This document shows, one piece after another, positions 14,424 through 28,000 of a DNA stretch of 64,000 bases. Position 1 is the stretch's first letter, and every line of letters starts with the position of its first letter. A model generated the notes under the pieces. That model searched no databases. It had not been told where the DNA came from and saw only the letters and a program-made list of their open reading frames with translations. The translations under genes were made by a program, and so were the position numbers. This DNA comes from the human T2T-CHM13v2.0 reference genome, Homo sapiens, in assembly GCF_009914755.1 (NCBI RefSeq), contig NC_060934.1, one strand, 5' to 3'.

Positions 14424-15562
14424 AGAGAAAATAGAATAAAATTTACTCTAAGAGGATGAACGATCTGATGCTAACTCCTTCCTGTGGTTGGTTTACTATT
14501 GCAGTTGTCAATCTAGATGCCTTGGTCAGAAGGATCTTTATGCAATTTCAACATGTCCTCTGTTCTCAGAGCTGAGATAACCAGTTTTATATCTTCTATT
14601 TCACAAGAAAAGTGGAAGAGGTTTGTTGAAGTTTTCAAAAGGATATTCTCATCTGTGGATAGTTGCTAGTTGAACTTTCTGTGGAGGAGGAGTGGAGCCC
14701 GATACTTTCCATTCTGCCATCATGCTGATATCATTCCCAAGGTGCCGATTTTTTTTTTTTTTAAGACAGAGTCTTGCTCTGTCACCCAGGCTGTAGTGCA
14801 ATGGTATGATCTTGGCTCACTGCAACCTTTGCCGCCCTGGTTCAAGTGATTCTCCTGCCTCAGCCTCCTGAGTAGCTGGGATTTACAGACACCTGCCAGC
14901 ACGCCTGGCTAATTTTTTTCTTTTTTTTTTTTTTGTAGAGACAGGGTTTCACCATGTTGGCCAAGCTGGTCTTGAACTCCTGACCCCAAGTGATCCGCCT
15001 ATGTCAGCCTCCCAAAGTGCTGGGATTACAGGCATGAGCCCAGCGCCAAAGTGCTGCTCCCAGTGCCAAAGTGCTGAATATTTTTACTGGCATCACCTTC
15101 TGAGGGTAAAGGTTCTCTGGTCATATCTGTGCAGCAATTATCTGCTTTAGCGGGATGAAGAAGAAATTTTGATACACATATATCTCTGCATTTTAATTTC
15201 AGAGCTTATATCCTATTCAATTCCTACTTCAAAATGTATTTTATTCAAGCAAATGCTGCCAAAATGTGTTACATTAATTTATCTTTCTGGATGGAGGTGT
15301 TTCTAACAGAGCAATTATATATTTGCCTAGACTAAACATTCATTTCATTTCCATCACGAGCCTCTTCCACTTTGCTTGTGAAATAGAAGATGTAAAATTG
15401 GTTATCTCAGTTCCGAGAACAGAGGATGTGTTTAAATTACAAAAAGATCCTTCTGACCATGGCATCTAGACTGACAACTGCAATAGTAAACCAACCAGGG
15501 GAAGGAGTTAGCATCAGATGATTCATGGTCTCAGAGAAATCTTTTATTCTGTTTCCTCTTTC
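14424..15562. repeat. Long inverted repeat of apparently non-TE sequence: arms 14424-14625 and 15354-15562
   Basis: Manual reverse-complement alignment gives about 24 substitutions and small indels in ~203 bp, e.g. atctgatgctaactccttcc / ggaaggagttagcatcagat and tggtcagaaggatcttt / aaagatccttctgacca. Confidence 0.95.
14749..15046 (-). mobile_element. AluS at the 5' junction of the L1
   Basis: Poly-T, full dimer; 18-bp duplication cccag(c/t)gccaaagtgctg at its 5' end. Confidence 0.92.
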
Positions 15563-16606
15563 TATTATAAACTTTCTCATGAAAATGAGTTTACTAAATC
15601 TTAATGTTAAATGTGCCCTCCTTCTAATTATCTGGCATTTTCATGACAAAAAATTAACAAAATGAAACATAAGTCAAGTATATACTCTTGTTTCTTAAAA
15701 TAATAAGGACAGAAAATAGTATAGGTTGATTCAGTTTTTGAGACCTTTTGAATTACAAACAGAATCATGAATAGAAAAATTTTACATAAATGGTAAAATA
15801 AAATTAGTTAGGGGAAAAATATAAAATCTCCATTTCATAGTTGTCATACAGTTGGCGAATTGTTTCGTAAGAGTAACAAAATTAAACTCAGGAAAGTAGT
15901 TGGCAGTCAATATTTCTCTGACCCCTGCAAGTTGTGACTACAATAAAATAAAATTTGACTTTTTCTGATTACTGCTTAAAGATATTGAATACAAATTGAA
16001 TATCATCTGTCTTTCTTAAGTGATGACACTTCTCAAATATTTAAGCCCAGAGGGCATTTGGATGATATTTTAGTCAGGAATTTAACTACGTACTCAAATG
16101 TAAACTAAAATTGTGAAGAAGCCAAACTCATACATCTTCTACCCACTTTCTAAGTCTAGGGCAACCTAAGCCAGAATTGGAGGACATTTTAAATTGGGTG
16201 AGGTTCTGGAATATTTATATTGGAAGAAGTTCAACTTTTTATTACCTGTTGGTAATCAGAAAAGCTGTGGGTCCTTCCCAAGCTACAATGCCATCCACAA
16301 AGTGGGAAGAAATGAATCCTACCACAGTACTCAGAGGTAGTAAGTAGACTAAAGAATAAAGTTGCTTTTGGCTTGTTTTTAACCAAGTCTGGCTAATTAA
16401 ATTAATCCGCTACACAGGCAATTTATTTAACACAGAGTCAGGCATATATTTAATGATCAATAAGGTTTAGCGATTGTTATGAACACAATATAGTATATAT
16501 CTCAGTAGCTCTCTAGGTGGTTTTTGTTTGATTGATTGGTTTGGTTTTTGTTTTATTTTGTTTTCTATAACCAGTGGGTTCTGGGGAAGGAGGCACAGTT
16601 CATACT

Positions 16607-16960
16607 CTTATTAGTCAAGACAATGCTCAGGTATGTGGCTGTAACAAATGATATCAGTGGCTTAAGCCAATTTCATTTCTCACTCATACCTGCCAAGCGT
16701 GGGCTGGTAGGAAGTGTAAAGGCTCCCCTGAGTTTCTCAGAGACTCAGGTTGACAGAGGCTCCACCACCTTGTGACATTGCCAGCTGACAATGGCTTCTA
16801 GGGTCTCTGAGGAAGGACAAATAAGGTGCTGGAGATCTCACAGTCTTAGGTGCCTCAAGCCAGAGAAGACACCTGCAACTTCTCATCACAGCCCATTGGC
16901 TGGAAGCATTCACTTGGCTTGGGCATATCCTTTTCATGTTCCCAGGAAAGAGAGAAGAAT
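16607..16960 (-). mobile_element. Old MaLR LTR (MLT1K/L-like)
   Basis: tattagtcaag...gctgtaacaaa...cagtggcttaa...tttctcactcat...cacagcccattggc. Confidence 0.6.
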
Positions 16961-17184
16961 CAGGTGGAAGCAAACTCTAGAAGATTCAAATGCAGTGTAA
17001 TCTCCCAATGAAAAGATTCCCCCAATTTTTCAAGTGTTATATCTTATGAGATTGGAATCCCTTCAATAGCAAATATTTCTTTTGTTTCTTCCAAGAGAAC
17101 TATTTAACTTATATACTGTTTAGGAAAGGAAGTGATCTCCTTCTACTAATTGACATGGCTTAATTCTGTGGATCTGGGATAAAG

Positions 17185-17500
17185 CTCAGGCATTTAAATG
17201 TCTCATCGGGAAGGTGTTTGCTGGATACTCCATTTAAAGGGTGTCTTCCCCATAAGCCCCTTACTGTTGATCTCTTTCTTAGCAACCGATTTGCTTCTTT
17301 CATAGCAACATCACAAAGTGTGACTATTTTACTTCATTCGAATTTTAAGTTTTGACTGTTTTCCTCATGATACTGAAGTTTCCAAGAGGCTAGCAATGAT
17401 GTCTGCCTTGGTTACTCTTTTCCTCTTAGCTCTTTAGACTATGCCTATCATGTAGAAGGAATCAATATGTTATTTGCCCAATGGATGAACAAATAAATGA
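17185..17500 (+). mobile_element. L2 3' end
   Basis: Ends atgcctatcatgtagaaggaatcaatatgttatttg...gatgaacaaataaatga. Confidence 0.6.
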
Positions 17501-17658
17501 CTTTTTTTAAACAAGCTTTCCAGGTAATTCTGATGCAATTTGTCCATTGGCCACACTTTGATAAATAAATACTACAGTATATTTGCTTGTCCCTTTTTGA
17601 AACCAATAATCCTGAAGTTAATTCAATTTTATTTGATTTGATTCAATCCACATTTACA

Positions 17659-17677
17659 GCAGCACCAGAGGGCAGGC
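17659..17677 (+). promoter_or_regulatory. Candidate CTCF motif (forward)
   Basis: gcagCACCAGAGGGCAGgc matches the core CCASYAGRKGGCRS with one mismatch. Confidence 0.4.
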
Positions 17678-18664
17678 CTACTACTCTGTCAACCTCCTCA
17701 AAAGAGAGGATCTAGCCTCTCTCCCCCACCCCAACACACTCACTCATGCAATAGTCAGGGCTCAAGCACATATACTCCAACTCATGCACCAGCATGAGAG
17801 CTGTGAATACTTGTGATTTGTGGCTACTTGGCATCATTCTCCTTTCCTAACAGTGACATGGAGTTTTGGGGATAGGAAGGCTGCGCTCTCCACACCTGTA
17901 CGACCTACTTTGATGGGACCATGAAGGCACCATTTCTCTAACCTCAGTGCAGCCTCTTCATCCAAACGTGGCCACTTGGACTCCCTTCCCTAGGCCTCTA
18001 CATCTTGAGCTGAGTAATGCGAGGACAGAAAGAACCAGCCAAGACCCTCCGTTCCAGCACTGGTGTCCAGTTGAGATGGCAGAGGAGTTCTTCCTGCCTT
18101 GTCACCAAGACTTCCCTGCTTCACACCTTGGCCCTGTGCTTTTTACTAAACCCAGACTTCCATCTTTCATCCATTGTGCCTCTCTCTTTCTCTCTGGCAG
18201 GGGTTTCTAGCTAGCCACTCAGTATCCTTCTGCCTCAGTCACCACCCTGATTTAATTGGGAGTAACAATATGCTCCCCGAAAGTGACATTTCCCTACTTC
18301 GCCTGCCACATGCCACAGTTCTAACTGATGGGACATAAGCCAGAGTTATTGAGTATATTTTCTAGTCAAGTTTCTAGACCTGCCTCTCTTGAGTATTTGC
18401 TACTCAGCCTAATTAAGGAAGGGACCCTGGGCAAGGATAGATGCTATTTCTCCCTCCCAGCCATGGCCGCATAGGCATGTTCCAACACGAGAAATGGAAT
18501 TGAAAATATTAATTTATGCAACAGATAATCTGATTCATCACATTACAAAGTTGTCTCATTTTACCCAAAATACTACTCATTTGGTTTCTTTAAATATCAT
18601 GTATCCCTCCCTAACTCAGTTACATTTAAAATAAAATTTCAAATACTTTTTATTTCAGTGCTCC

Positions 18665-18850
18665 ATAGTGAGTAAGAACTCAGCTGTGGACACAGGCCGG
18701 GCTGGATTTGAATTTTGTATCTGCTATTTTCCCCAGGCAAATAATACAGCCATGCTGAGCTTCAGGCTCCTTATTGAGAAAATGGGAAGAAAAATTCCAT
18801 CACTTTAGGAGGCCCTAGTAAGGATGAAATGAGATAATGCTCATAAAATG
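18665..18850 (+). mobile_element. MIR
   Basis: catagtgagtaagaac...ggatttgaat...ctgagcttcag...aaaatggg...aggatgaaatgagataatgc. Confidence 0.7.
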
Positions 18851-19144
18851 GGAAATAATGCTAACCATCATTATAATCAGTATTATTGATCACAAAATGC
18901 AAACTATACATTGATTCAGCCTGATGCATGCACTGAGAGATTCCATCCAATGGGCACCAACAAGGACAGCATTAATGGTGATTTTCAAGTTCCTATATGT
19001 ATTTTCAGAATCAGACTTGAGAAATAAAGACATTTTACCGCTACTGCTTTCAAAGCTTTAATTCTGACTGCTCTAAAATTCTGCAAACATCTTTGTCCAT
19101 AGAACTTCCTATTAACAGTATTGTAGTCCTGGGGAAAGGTAGGT

Positions 19145-19770
19145 TTATTATTTTTCACACTGAAATACAAATACAATAAAATGTACCAACTCTAAGTACA
19201 TCAGTTCAATGAGTTTTGACAATTACATAAATCTGTGTAACCACAATCCAAAAAAGATATAGGACATTTCTATCATCCTAGAGAATTCTATCGTACCTCT
19301 TTCCAGTTAATTTTCTCCCAAAGGTAACAAATTTCTGATTTGTACTTTTATTGATTAGTTTTGACTGTTCTTGAACTTCATATAATATGCACTCTTTTAT
19401 TGTCTGGATTCTTTCCTGCAACACGTTTGAGATTAACCCATGTTGTGGATGTATGTGTCAGCAGTTCATTTGTGTTGTTGTTGTTGTTGCTGAGTTGTGT
19501 CCAATTGTCGGGGATATGAAACAATTTGTTTATTGATTCTCCTATTAATGGACATTTGATTTATTTCCCGACTTTGACTATTATGAATGTATTTGTACAA
19601 GTCTCACTGTGTTCAAATGTATTCATTTCTCTTGAGTAAATACCCAAGAGGAAAGTTTTGAGTAATAACATAGATACATATTGAACCATTTTAAGAAACA
19701 TCCAAGTCGTTATACAAAGCACACATACCATTTTATATTTCCACCAGGAATGTGTGTGACAGTTGCTTCC
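19145..19770 (-). mobile_element. Old L1 (L1ME-like) 3' region
   Basis: aatacaataaaatgtaccaactctaagtacatcagttcaatgagttttgacaa... followed by T-rich L1 end sequence. Confidence 0.7.
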
Positions 19771-20671
19771 TTGGTCTTGACAGCCTTAGCTTTTTCCCAA
19801 GACATTCTAGTGGGCCAAGCTGTTCTTATCTTTTTTTTTTTTCTCTTTCTTTTGTATTAATCAAATATTTTTATTATTTTACTTTATCTTTTATATTGAC
19901 TTACTAGCTATACCTTTTTGTATGTTTTTTCAATGTGCATCTCTAACTTATTACAGTCTATCTTCAAATGATAATATACGAATTCACAATGTAAGACTTT
20001 ATAAGGATATCATTTCACTTATTCCTTCTTGTATTATGTGTCCCTCTTGTCATACACTTTATTTCCACATGCTTTCACTGCCACAATACATTGTTATTAT
20101 TTTGCTTTAAACAGTTGATGGTCTTTTTTTAAAAATAAATATGTATGTCTGGGTATATATCTTAAAAATTTTTTAAAGTTTTTAAAATAAATATCAGATG
20201 TTTATGCTCTCTGAAGCTCTCTTCATTTCTGTGTGCTGACAGGAGCTTCTATGTGTATCATTTCCTATCAAGCTGAAGAAATTCTTGTAGTTTAGGTTTG
20301 TTGGAGACCTCTCAGTCTTTATTTGTTTGAAAATGTCTTTATTTCATAATCATTTTTGACAAATAGTTTTGCTGGATAAGAATTCTTATCCTTATATATG
20401 GACAATTTTTCTTTGTTGTTTTGTTTTCCTTTGCTTCTTAAAACCAGAACTTTAAAGATCTTATTCTTTGTTCTGACCTCTACTGTTTCTAATGAAAAAG
20501 CAGAAACAACACAGCTCCCATTTGTATTGCTGTTCCCCTGCATGTAATGCTCCTTCTGTTTTTTTCTAGCTGCTTTTAACTTTCTTTTTATCTTACTTTT
20601 TAGAAGTTTGATCATAATGTGCCTAGATGTAGTTTGCTTTGTATTTATTTATCTTTCTTGAGTTGGTAAGC

Positions 20672-20726
20672 TTTTTTTTTATTATTATACTTTAAGTTTT
20701 AGGGTACATGTACACGATGTGCAGGT
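20672..20726 (-). mobile_element. ~55-bp L1PA 3' tail stub
   Basis: tttttattattatactttaagttttagggtacatgtacacgatgtgcagg is the extreme 3' end of a young L1PA. Confidence 0.8.
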
Positions 20727-20778
20727 TTTTAAATTAATTGGTTCATACCTTCCATCAATTTTGGAAAATTATCAATTG

Positions 20779-20799
20779 TCTATTTATCTATCATCCGTA

Positions 20800-20852
<53 letters not shown>

Positions 20853-20853
20853 G
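20779..20853. repeat. (TCTG)n(TCTA)n compound STR
   Basis: Seen directly. Confidence 0.95.
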
Positions 20854-21108
20854 CAAAATTTTCTGGCCTATTCTCTCTCTCTCTTTCTGATCCTGCCATG
20901 AGATCTCTGTTGGACTATTTAATATTATTCCACAGACACGGGATGCTCCCTTTCAGGTGTTTTATTTTTCCTTTCCTTTTCTCTTTGTGTTTCATTTTAG
21001 ACCATTTCTATGGACCTATCTTGAGTTTCACTAATCCTCCGATGTGCTCACTACTGTCAAACCTATTGACTGAATTTGTCATTTCTGATAAGAGTATGTT
21101 TTTTCCTT

Positions 21109-21342
<234 letters not shown>

Positions 21343-21467
21343 TATGTTTTTTCCTTTCTAGTATTTCCATTTTTAAAATAGTTTTCATCTCTCTGTTTAT
21401 ATTTAGAGGAAAAGGTAAACACCTGAGTGAACTGATGGAGGTTTACATATTTGTCATTGTTATTTTA

Positions 21468-21775
21468 TTTTATTAATTAATTATTTTTTTCTGAGATGGA
21501 GTCTCACTCTGTCACCCAGGCTGGAGTGCAGTGGCGCAATCTCCGCTAATTGCAGCATCCGCCTCCCAGGCTCAAGCGATTCTTATGCCTTAGCCCCGCC
21601 AAGTAGCGGGGACCACAGGTGTGCACCACCACGCCTGGCTAATTTTTGTATTTTTAGTAGAGATGGGGTTTCACCACGTTAGTCAGGCTGGTCTCGGACT
21701 CCTGGCCTGAAGTGATCTGCCTGCCTCAGCCTCCCAAAGTGCTGGGATTACAGGCATGAGCCACTGTGCCTGGCC
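21468..21775 (-). mobile_element. AluS
   Basis: Full dimer, TSD gttatttta. Confidence 0.93.
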
Positions 21776-22606
21776 AGTTATTTTAAAGTCTTTCCCTGAG
21801 AATCCCAACATCTAGGTCATCTCTGTGTTTACTCTGTTTCTCCGCTGACCACGTGTCATATTTTCTTTTGTGTGTGTGTGTTTCTCATAACTTTTTATTG
21901 TGTGCTGAACGTTTTTGTAGAAGAACAATAGAGAATGAAGTAAAGAATATTCACCCACAGAGAAGAGCTTCTATCTCTGTCAGGCCCCTTGTTGGATGCT
22001 AAGTCAGACTAATCCACAGTTGAGCTGGGTCCGGGCTAGGCGGCAACTTTAATTTGATTCAGTTCACAACTGGTTTCAAATGTTTGGAGGGCACAATCAG
22101 GACTTTCTCTTCCTCCAGGACGGAGGTTCTAATGCTGGGGAGATTCTAGGGATCCCCTTTATGGTTTCCCATGAAGCTGCCAGATGTTGGAGCTTTCAGA
22201 GATTCCTTTGCTGCTTTTGACGTTGCTGAGCATTCGACGTCTTTGCTTTTCAGCGCCACCTCTGGCTTTCTGCACCTCAGATTTCTCTCTGCCCTTCTGC
22301 CGAGCTTCCACTGTTGCAGGACTATTGTACTTACTAATGTACAGGGTGGGTGGGTAGGTTCTTATTTTATTGTGACTCAAAAATTTTATTTTGCTTGCTT
22401 TATTATGATGTTCTTAATATGTGATAAATAAGAGAAAGTGATACAAGAAGACAGCAGTGTCTAGAATAAGGAAGACAAGAGTAAATCTGAAAAATGAGTC
22501 CCTAGATTCATTTCCACCCATCTCCAGCACCTTGTTGCTCCAGACCCTCCCTGGGGCTCATAGTTTCAACCTTTCTCTCTTTTTACATTGCTTCCTCTCT
22601 GCCTAG

Positions 22607-22977
<371 letters not shown>

Positions 22978-23633
22978 CCAAATAAATCTCTTGAACTATA
23001 TCTGCTGTAGTTACCGTCCAATCTGTCTCTTTCACCTCCCCAAAGAGGAGTCTTTACTTCTTCAGCCTCTGCCTGCTCCTCAGCACACGACAGTCTGACT
23101 TCTGCCCCCACCAGATCAGGTCTCCATAACAGGTGGCTCTTGAGACTACCCCACAAGACGAGGTCTTGTTTCTGCCTGAGACTTCTGAAGACCAACTTCA
23201 GGGGGCAGCCACCCTTTTGCCCTGCCAAGCCCAAGCACAGGAGATAGACAGCAATAATACCAAGGGTATCTTGGGCTACATGTTTCCTCATAAAAGGGCC
23301 AGATAGCCTGTAATGGGAGGAAGCCCCACTGCTCCAGCAGCTCAGATGCTTGTGAGGAGGGCTGGACCTGTTGATAACTTGGAGGGGGAGCTCTGGTCTG
23401 TGCTTTGCTTACACCTAGGTGGCCTTCCCTCTCTGTCTCTCCCTGAAAAGAACATGGGCCTATTCCAGGAGGCTGGCATGGTCCCTGCGGGATCAGCTGG
23501 AGGGAGGATGAGACCCACTCTCCTGCTTGGGGCTTACGTCCACCTCACTACAGCTGCTGGTGCTTGTACTTTCCACTTGCTGTGTACAAAGGCTGGATGC
23601 AAATATGAAATGTTAAGAGTAAACATATAAAGT

Positions 23634-23750
23634 TGGCCAGTCACAGTGGCTTATGCCTGTAGTCCCAGCACTTCGGGAGGCCAAGGCAGGAGAACTGCTT
23701 GAGGCCAGGAGTTTGAGACCAGCCTGGGTAATAGAGTGAGACCCTGTCTA
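23634..23750 (+). mobile_element. FLAM / AluJ left monomer
   Basis: Monomer ggccagtcacagtggcttatgcctgtagtccc...gagaccctgtct. Confidence 0.85.
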
Positions 23751-23891
23751 TATTTTAAAATAGATAATATAAAAATTATATAGGGAGAGATAGATCATAT
23801 AAAATTAGATACACATGTATACTTTTTTTAAGTTAGGCAAAAAAGTTAGAAAGATAAAATGGTGAGTAAAATTGTATAATGAAATTAATCA

Positions 23892-24203
23892 GGCCGGGCG
23901 CAGTGGCTCACACCTGTAATCCCAGCACTTTCGGAGGCCAAGGCGGGCAGATCACTTGAGGTCAAGAGTTCAAGAACAGCCTGGCCAACATGGTGAAACC
24001 CCATCTCAACTAAAAATACAAAAAAAAAAGATTAGCCAGGCTTGGTGGTGAGTGCCTGTAATCCCAGCTGCTCAGGGGGCTGAGGCAGGAGAATTGATTG
24101 AACCTGGGAGATGGAAGTTGTGGTGAGTCAAGATCGTGCTGTTGCACTCCAGCCTAGATGACAAAGCAAGACTTCCTCTCAAAAAAAAAAAAAAGAGAAA
24201 AAA
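23892..24203 (+). mobile_element. AluS
   Basis: Full dimer, TSD gaa(a/t)ttaatca. Confidence 0.93.
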
Positions 24204-24733
24204 GAATTTAATCATGTGACAAAATAAAAGTTAAGGCTAAGATGACCAAATGGTGGAAAAATTGAAACTACTTTTTATGTTGAACACTATGAGATGGGCT
24301 CAATACAAGTTCATTGACTGTTCATTCACAAGCCTGGCCCCACGAGAGCTCTCATTTCCTTCACTGACTCTGACTTGATCTAATTCAGGATTCATGTCCT
24401 ACAAACTTCTAGGCTGGTGCGAAAGGCGATCTTGGTTATTTTGAAGACTCAACCCACTCTGCCTCCAGGTCCTGACAAGGCTCTGGGACTGTCTTCAATG
24501 CCACGGACGGGGATAAGGGGAGTAAGGTGGGAGGGGTAGTCATTATAATTTTCTTTTTACAGTGGCCCCCTTCAGTTGTAGGGCTCTCTACTGACCCTGG
24601 GCCACTGTGGGATAAGGGTCTCTTTGTTGAAGCTGGGAGCCCTGTCCTTGGATCCTGTCTATCTGGACACCTTCAGACCATTCCCCTCAGCTCCCACTGC
24701 CCCTGTGGGCCCTGCTTTTACAGGACCCAGAGG

Positions 24734-25040
24734 TTTCTTTCTTTCTTTCTTTTTCATAGACAAGGCCTTGCTCTGTCACCTAGACTAGAGTGCAGTGATG
24801 TGATCACAGCTCACTGCAGCCTCAAAACCTCCTGGGGTTAAATGATCCTCCCCCCTCAGCCTCCCAAGTAGCTAAGACTAAAGGCACACCCCACCATGCC
24901 TGGCTAATTTTTAAATTATCTGTAGAGACAGGGTCTCACTATGTTGCCTAGACTGGTCTCAAATTCCTGGGGTCAAGTGATCCTCCTACCTTGGCCTCCC
25001 AAAGCGGTGTGATTACAGGTGTGAGCTGCTGCACCTGACT
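24734..25040 (-). mobile_element. AluJ
   Basis: AluJ diagnostics, (CTTT)n tail. Confidence 0.88.
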
Positions 25041-28000
25041 GAAAGGCCTCTTAATATCAATCCCTTTCTGCCTTTATCCTTCAAGACTTCCTTCCACCTG
25101 GTGTCGCCTTCAGAGTTGCCCCACCTAACCCCTTCAATGGTCTTGGACCTCTAGAAACAACACCCAGGACAGAAAATGTTTTGTTGGCAGCTTTTTTCTC
25201 TCTGGCCATAGATGGGTCAAGAAACACAGAGTTTATCATCTGCTTAAAAGGGTTGGGGTCAGGGGTGGGAGGAAAGAACGGGTAAATAAGGGAGAAGGAA
25301 TCTATATTAATCTTTTCAAATATTCTCCAGCTGTGTGCATTATGGTCCATATAATAGCAGATGGTCATTAAAGCTAATAACACGGGAAGATGTTCACGAT
25401 TTATAAACTGTAAAGAGCAGGTCAAATGAGTATATGGACCATGAGGGCATTTCTGATATCTATAAATATATGCAGACAGAAATGATAGGGAGGAAAACCA
25501 CTCATTTTCTATAAGTAATAGGAGAACAGATTCATCTTCCTTTTTGATGTATCTGTGTGTGTGTTTTTTTTTAACTTTTCCATAGTGAACCTGCTTTAGT
25601 TGTGTGAGCAAACAGAACAAATGAGAACAGCTAGACAGATATATTAGGGATCAAAGAGAAAATAGCCTTACGATATTCAGTCTCTTTCTTCTGTGCCCCC
25701 CACACAGTCTTTTTAGGAAAAGATGCAGGAGGCTGGGCCTGGCTGGCAGAATGGCTGTCCCCAACGGACCTATGTCCTGTGGGCCCACCAAGGCTCTGGG
25801 CACTTGCATAGATGATTTCTGCCTACTTTGGAAAACATCTCTGCACCCCTGAGACTCTGCAGTGAGGTTTTCCCTGTGCACAAGGCCCGGTGGGGTGTGA
25901 GTGGGAGTAGACTCCGTCTCCCCCAGTGGTGAGGACTTATGCGCTGAGTCAGCTGAATTGTAAAAAATAAATGTGTGGCAGCCAGCATTTGGCTTCATGC
26001 ATGTTTAAAATCAGCCTGTGGCTAGCCTTTGCCACCTGGGCAGTGAGCTTGCTCGGGGCTTGCAGCAGGAAGCCTGCTACACAGCTACTCCTCCACTTCA
26101 CCTGGTGATCTCAAAAAGCTACGCAGGGAAGCACCAGCTCCTGCCCAGCAAACACCCTTTTTTCTGCTAAAAACAAAATGAGCGCTGGAAATCATAGGCA
26201 AATCTTTCTTATGCTGTGCCTTGGAGCAGGAGCTACGAATGAGTGGAATCCATCCACCTTCCAGACGCCTTAGCTATCTGCAATGCCCCCCTCAGGAGAC
26301 AAAGCCCACGCAGTCCCTCTCTTTGGACGTCCACTCATTTGCCTGCAGCTCCATCAAATTCAGCTCCCCAGATTACATTTCAAATGATGGAGCATTTCAG
26401 AGTGCTCTCTGCAAACTGAACCAGGCTTTGTAAATGTGAGAGAAGATTGTGGTTGACATCCATCATTCAGGGGGTGCATTACCAATTTCCAAGATTCTCT
26501 GTGTTTCAGTTGAATGTTGTGCTGCTGTGCTGCACCCTGGCCTCTGACCACAGACATCATGGCCCGTGGGAAGTTCTGATGGGAAATATTTCACCCAGAA
26601 ATGTCGGGGCCTCTGCAGCCTTTATCTTGGAGAAAAGTGCAAAGAGGGCAGCAGCTCACTTGTAGTTTGTGTTTATAGTTTAGGACATCTGTGATCTCTC
26701 AGCATTGATTCCTTTTACTTTAAATCCTGTCCTATGCCTAATGAGTCATTTTCAAGCAGAAATCTGCACAGTGTGTGATATGGTTGCCCACTGTATAATA
26801 ACCATGGGTTAGAGTCTAGGAATCATTGTAGCTTTAAGGTCTTTGTTAAGAATGCAAAAACGGAAATGAAAATTAACTCCATAGTAGGGCAGCTGGTCTC
26901 AGCAAATTCAGTTGTTAAAAAGAAAGAAGTGGATTCATAATGGATTCCTCAGTCAGCCGGGAATTTAACAATTACTTCTGGAATGTTTAAGATTGAGAAT
27001 TTCTGCAGATTTTCAAAGGAAGTTCTGATAGTTATATCATGGGCTCCACTTTATACATCACTCTGAGTTCACCCTGGGTAAGTAAGCATGGTGTCTACAG
27101 TTCTGTGTATGAGATGGTCCAGATACGATCTTCTGCCCCACCAGTTTTTGACAGGACTCCCTGGAGCAGCTAGAATCTGTGAGAATAAACTGAGCATCAC
27201 CAGACTACATTTTTACTGCAGTCACACTAGGTCTGGCTATATAGGTAAAGAAAGCATTCAGGTGTCTTCATGTGTTCAGAACAAGGGCCCCCATCTTGGG
27301 CAAATTCCAGGCTCTCACATTCTTCATACGTCCCACCATACATTTAGCATCTTTTCTTGGAACTTGATTTGTTAAGTTCCAAATTTCAGGTGCTCAACCT
27401 GTGCCCATTGAAAATCACGTGGTAAATTTAAAACAGCTTATTTTCTAACATAGCTTTGGGCCTGCCAGAGCCCATTATGATTCTGCTTGTGGCTACACCA
27501 ACTCATATTACAGATCAAGTCATTTTCACCAAAGCACTCCTTGTACAATCAGAGGGAATGGTGGCACACAGCTGCCTGGGAAGGGCTTAGCCATCATCTT
27601 AATATTATGGGCTGTTGGTAGCAGATCACTCTACTGAGCCACAGATAAGATCATTTTAGTGACATTTGTGGTAAACATCCTCTCGTGGGTGACAAGCCTC
27701 AAATCAAACCTATCACTTAGTCTGATGAAGGCAGGACAAAGCAGTGGGGAAGAGAACACATTAAAACAGGCATTCAGTGATGAGCTTGTAAAGGTCAAGA
27801 AACCTAGGACAATGAGAAGGGAGTGCTGGCAATGATGGGCTGGCTGGGGACACTTGCTGTTTTGCAAACTGATTACTCAGAGGCATTAGTGATGCAGAAT
27901 GCCTACCAAGCAACTTCTGAAATAGCAAAAGCCCCTTCCTGGTCATATACCACTAAGGGGATTTTTTTTTCGCCTATTAGAGGCAATTGAATTAATGTTT

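Noticed and set aside
25081-25620. 179-aa minus-strand ORF in unique sequence
   Set aside because: Non-ATG start, no recognisable domain, composition like non-coding DNA.
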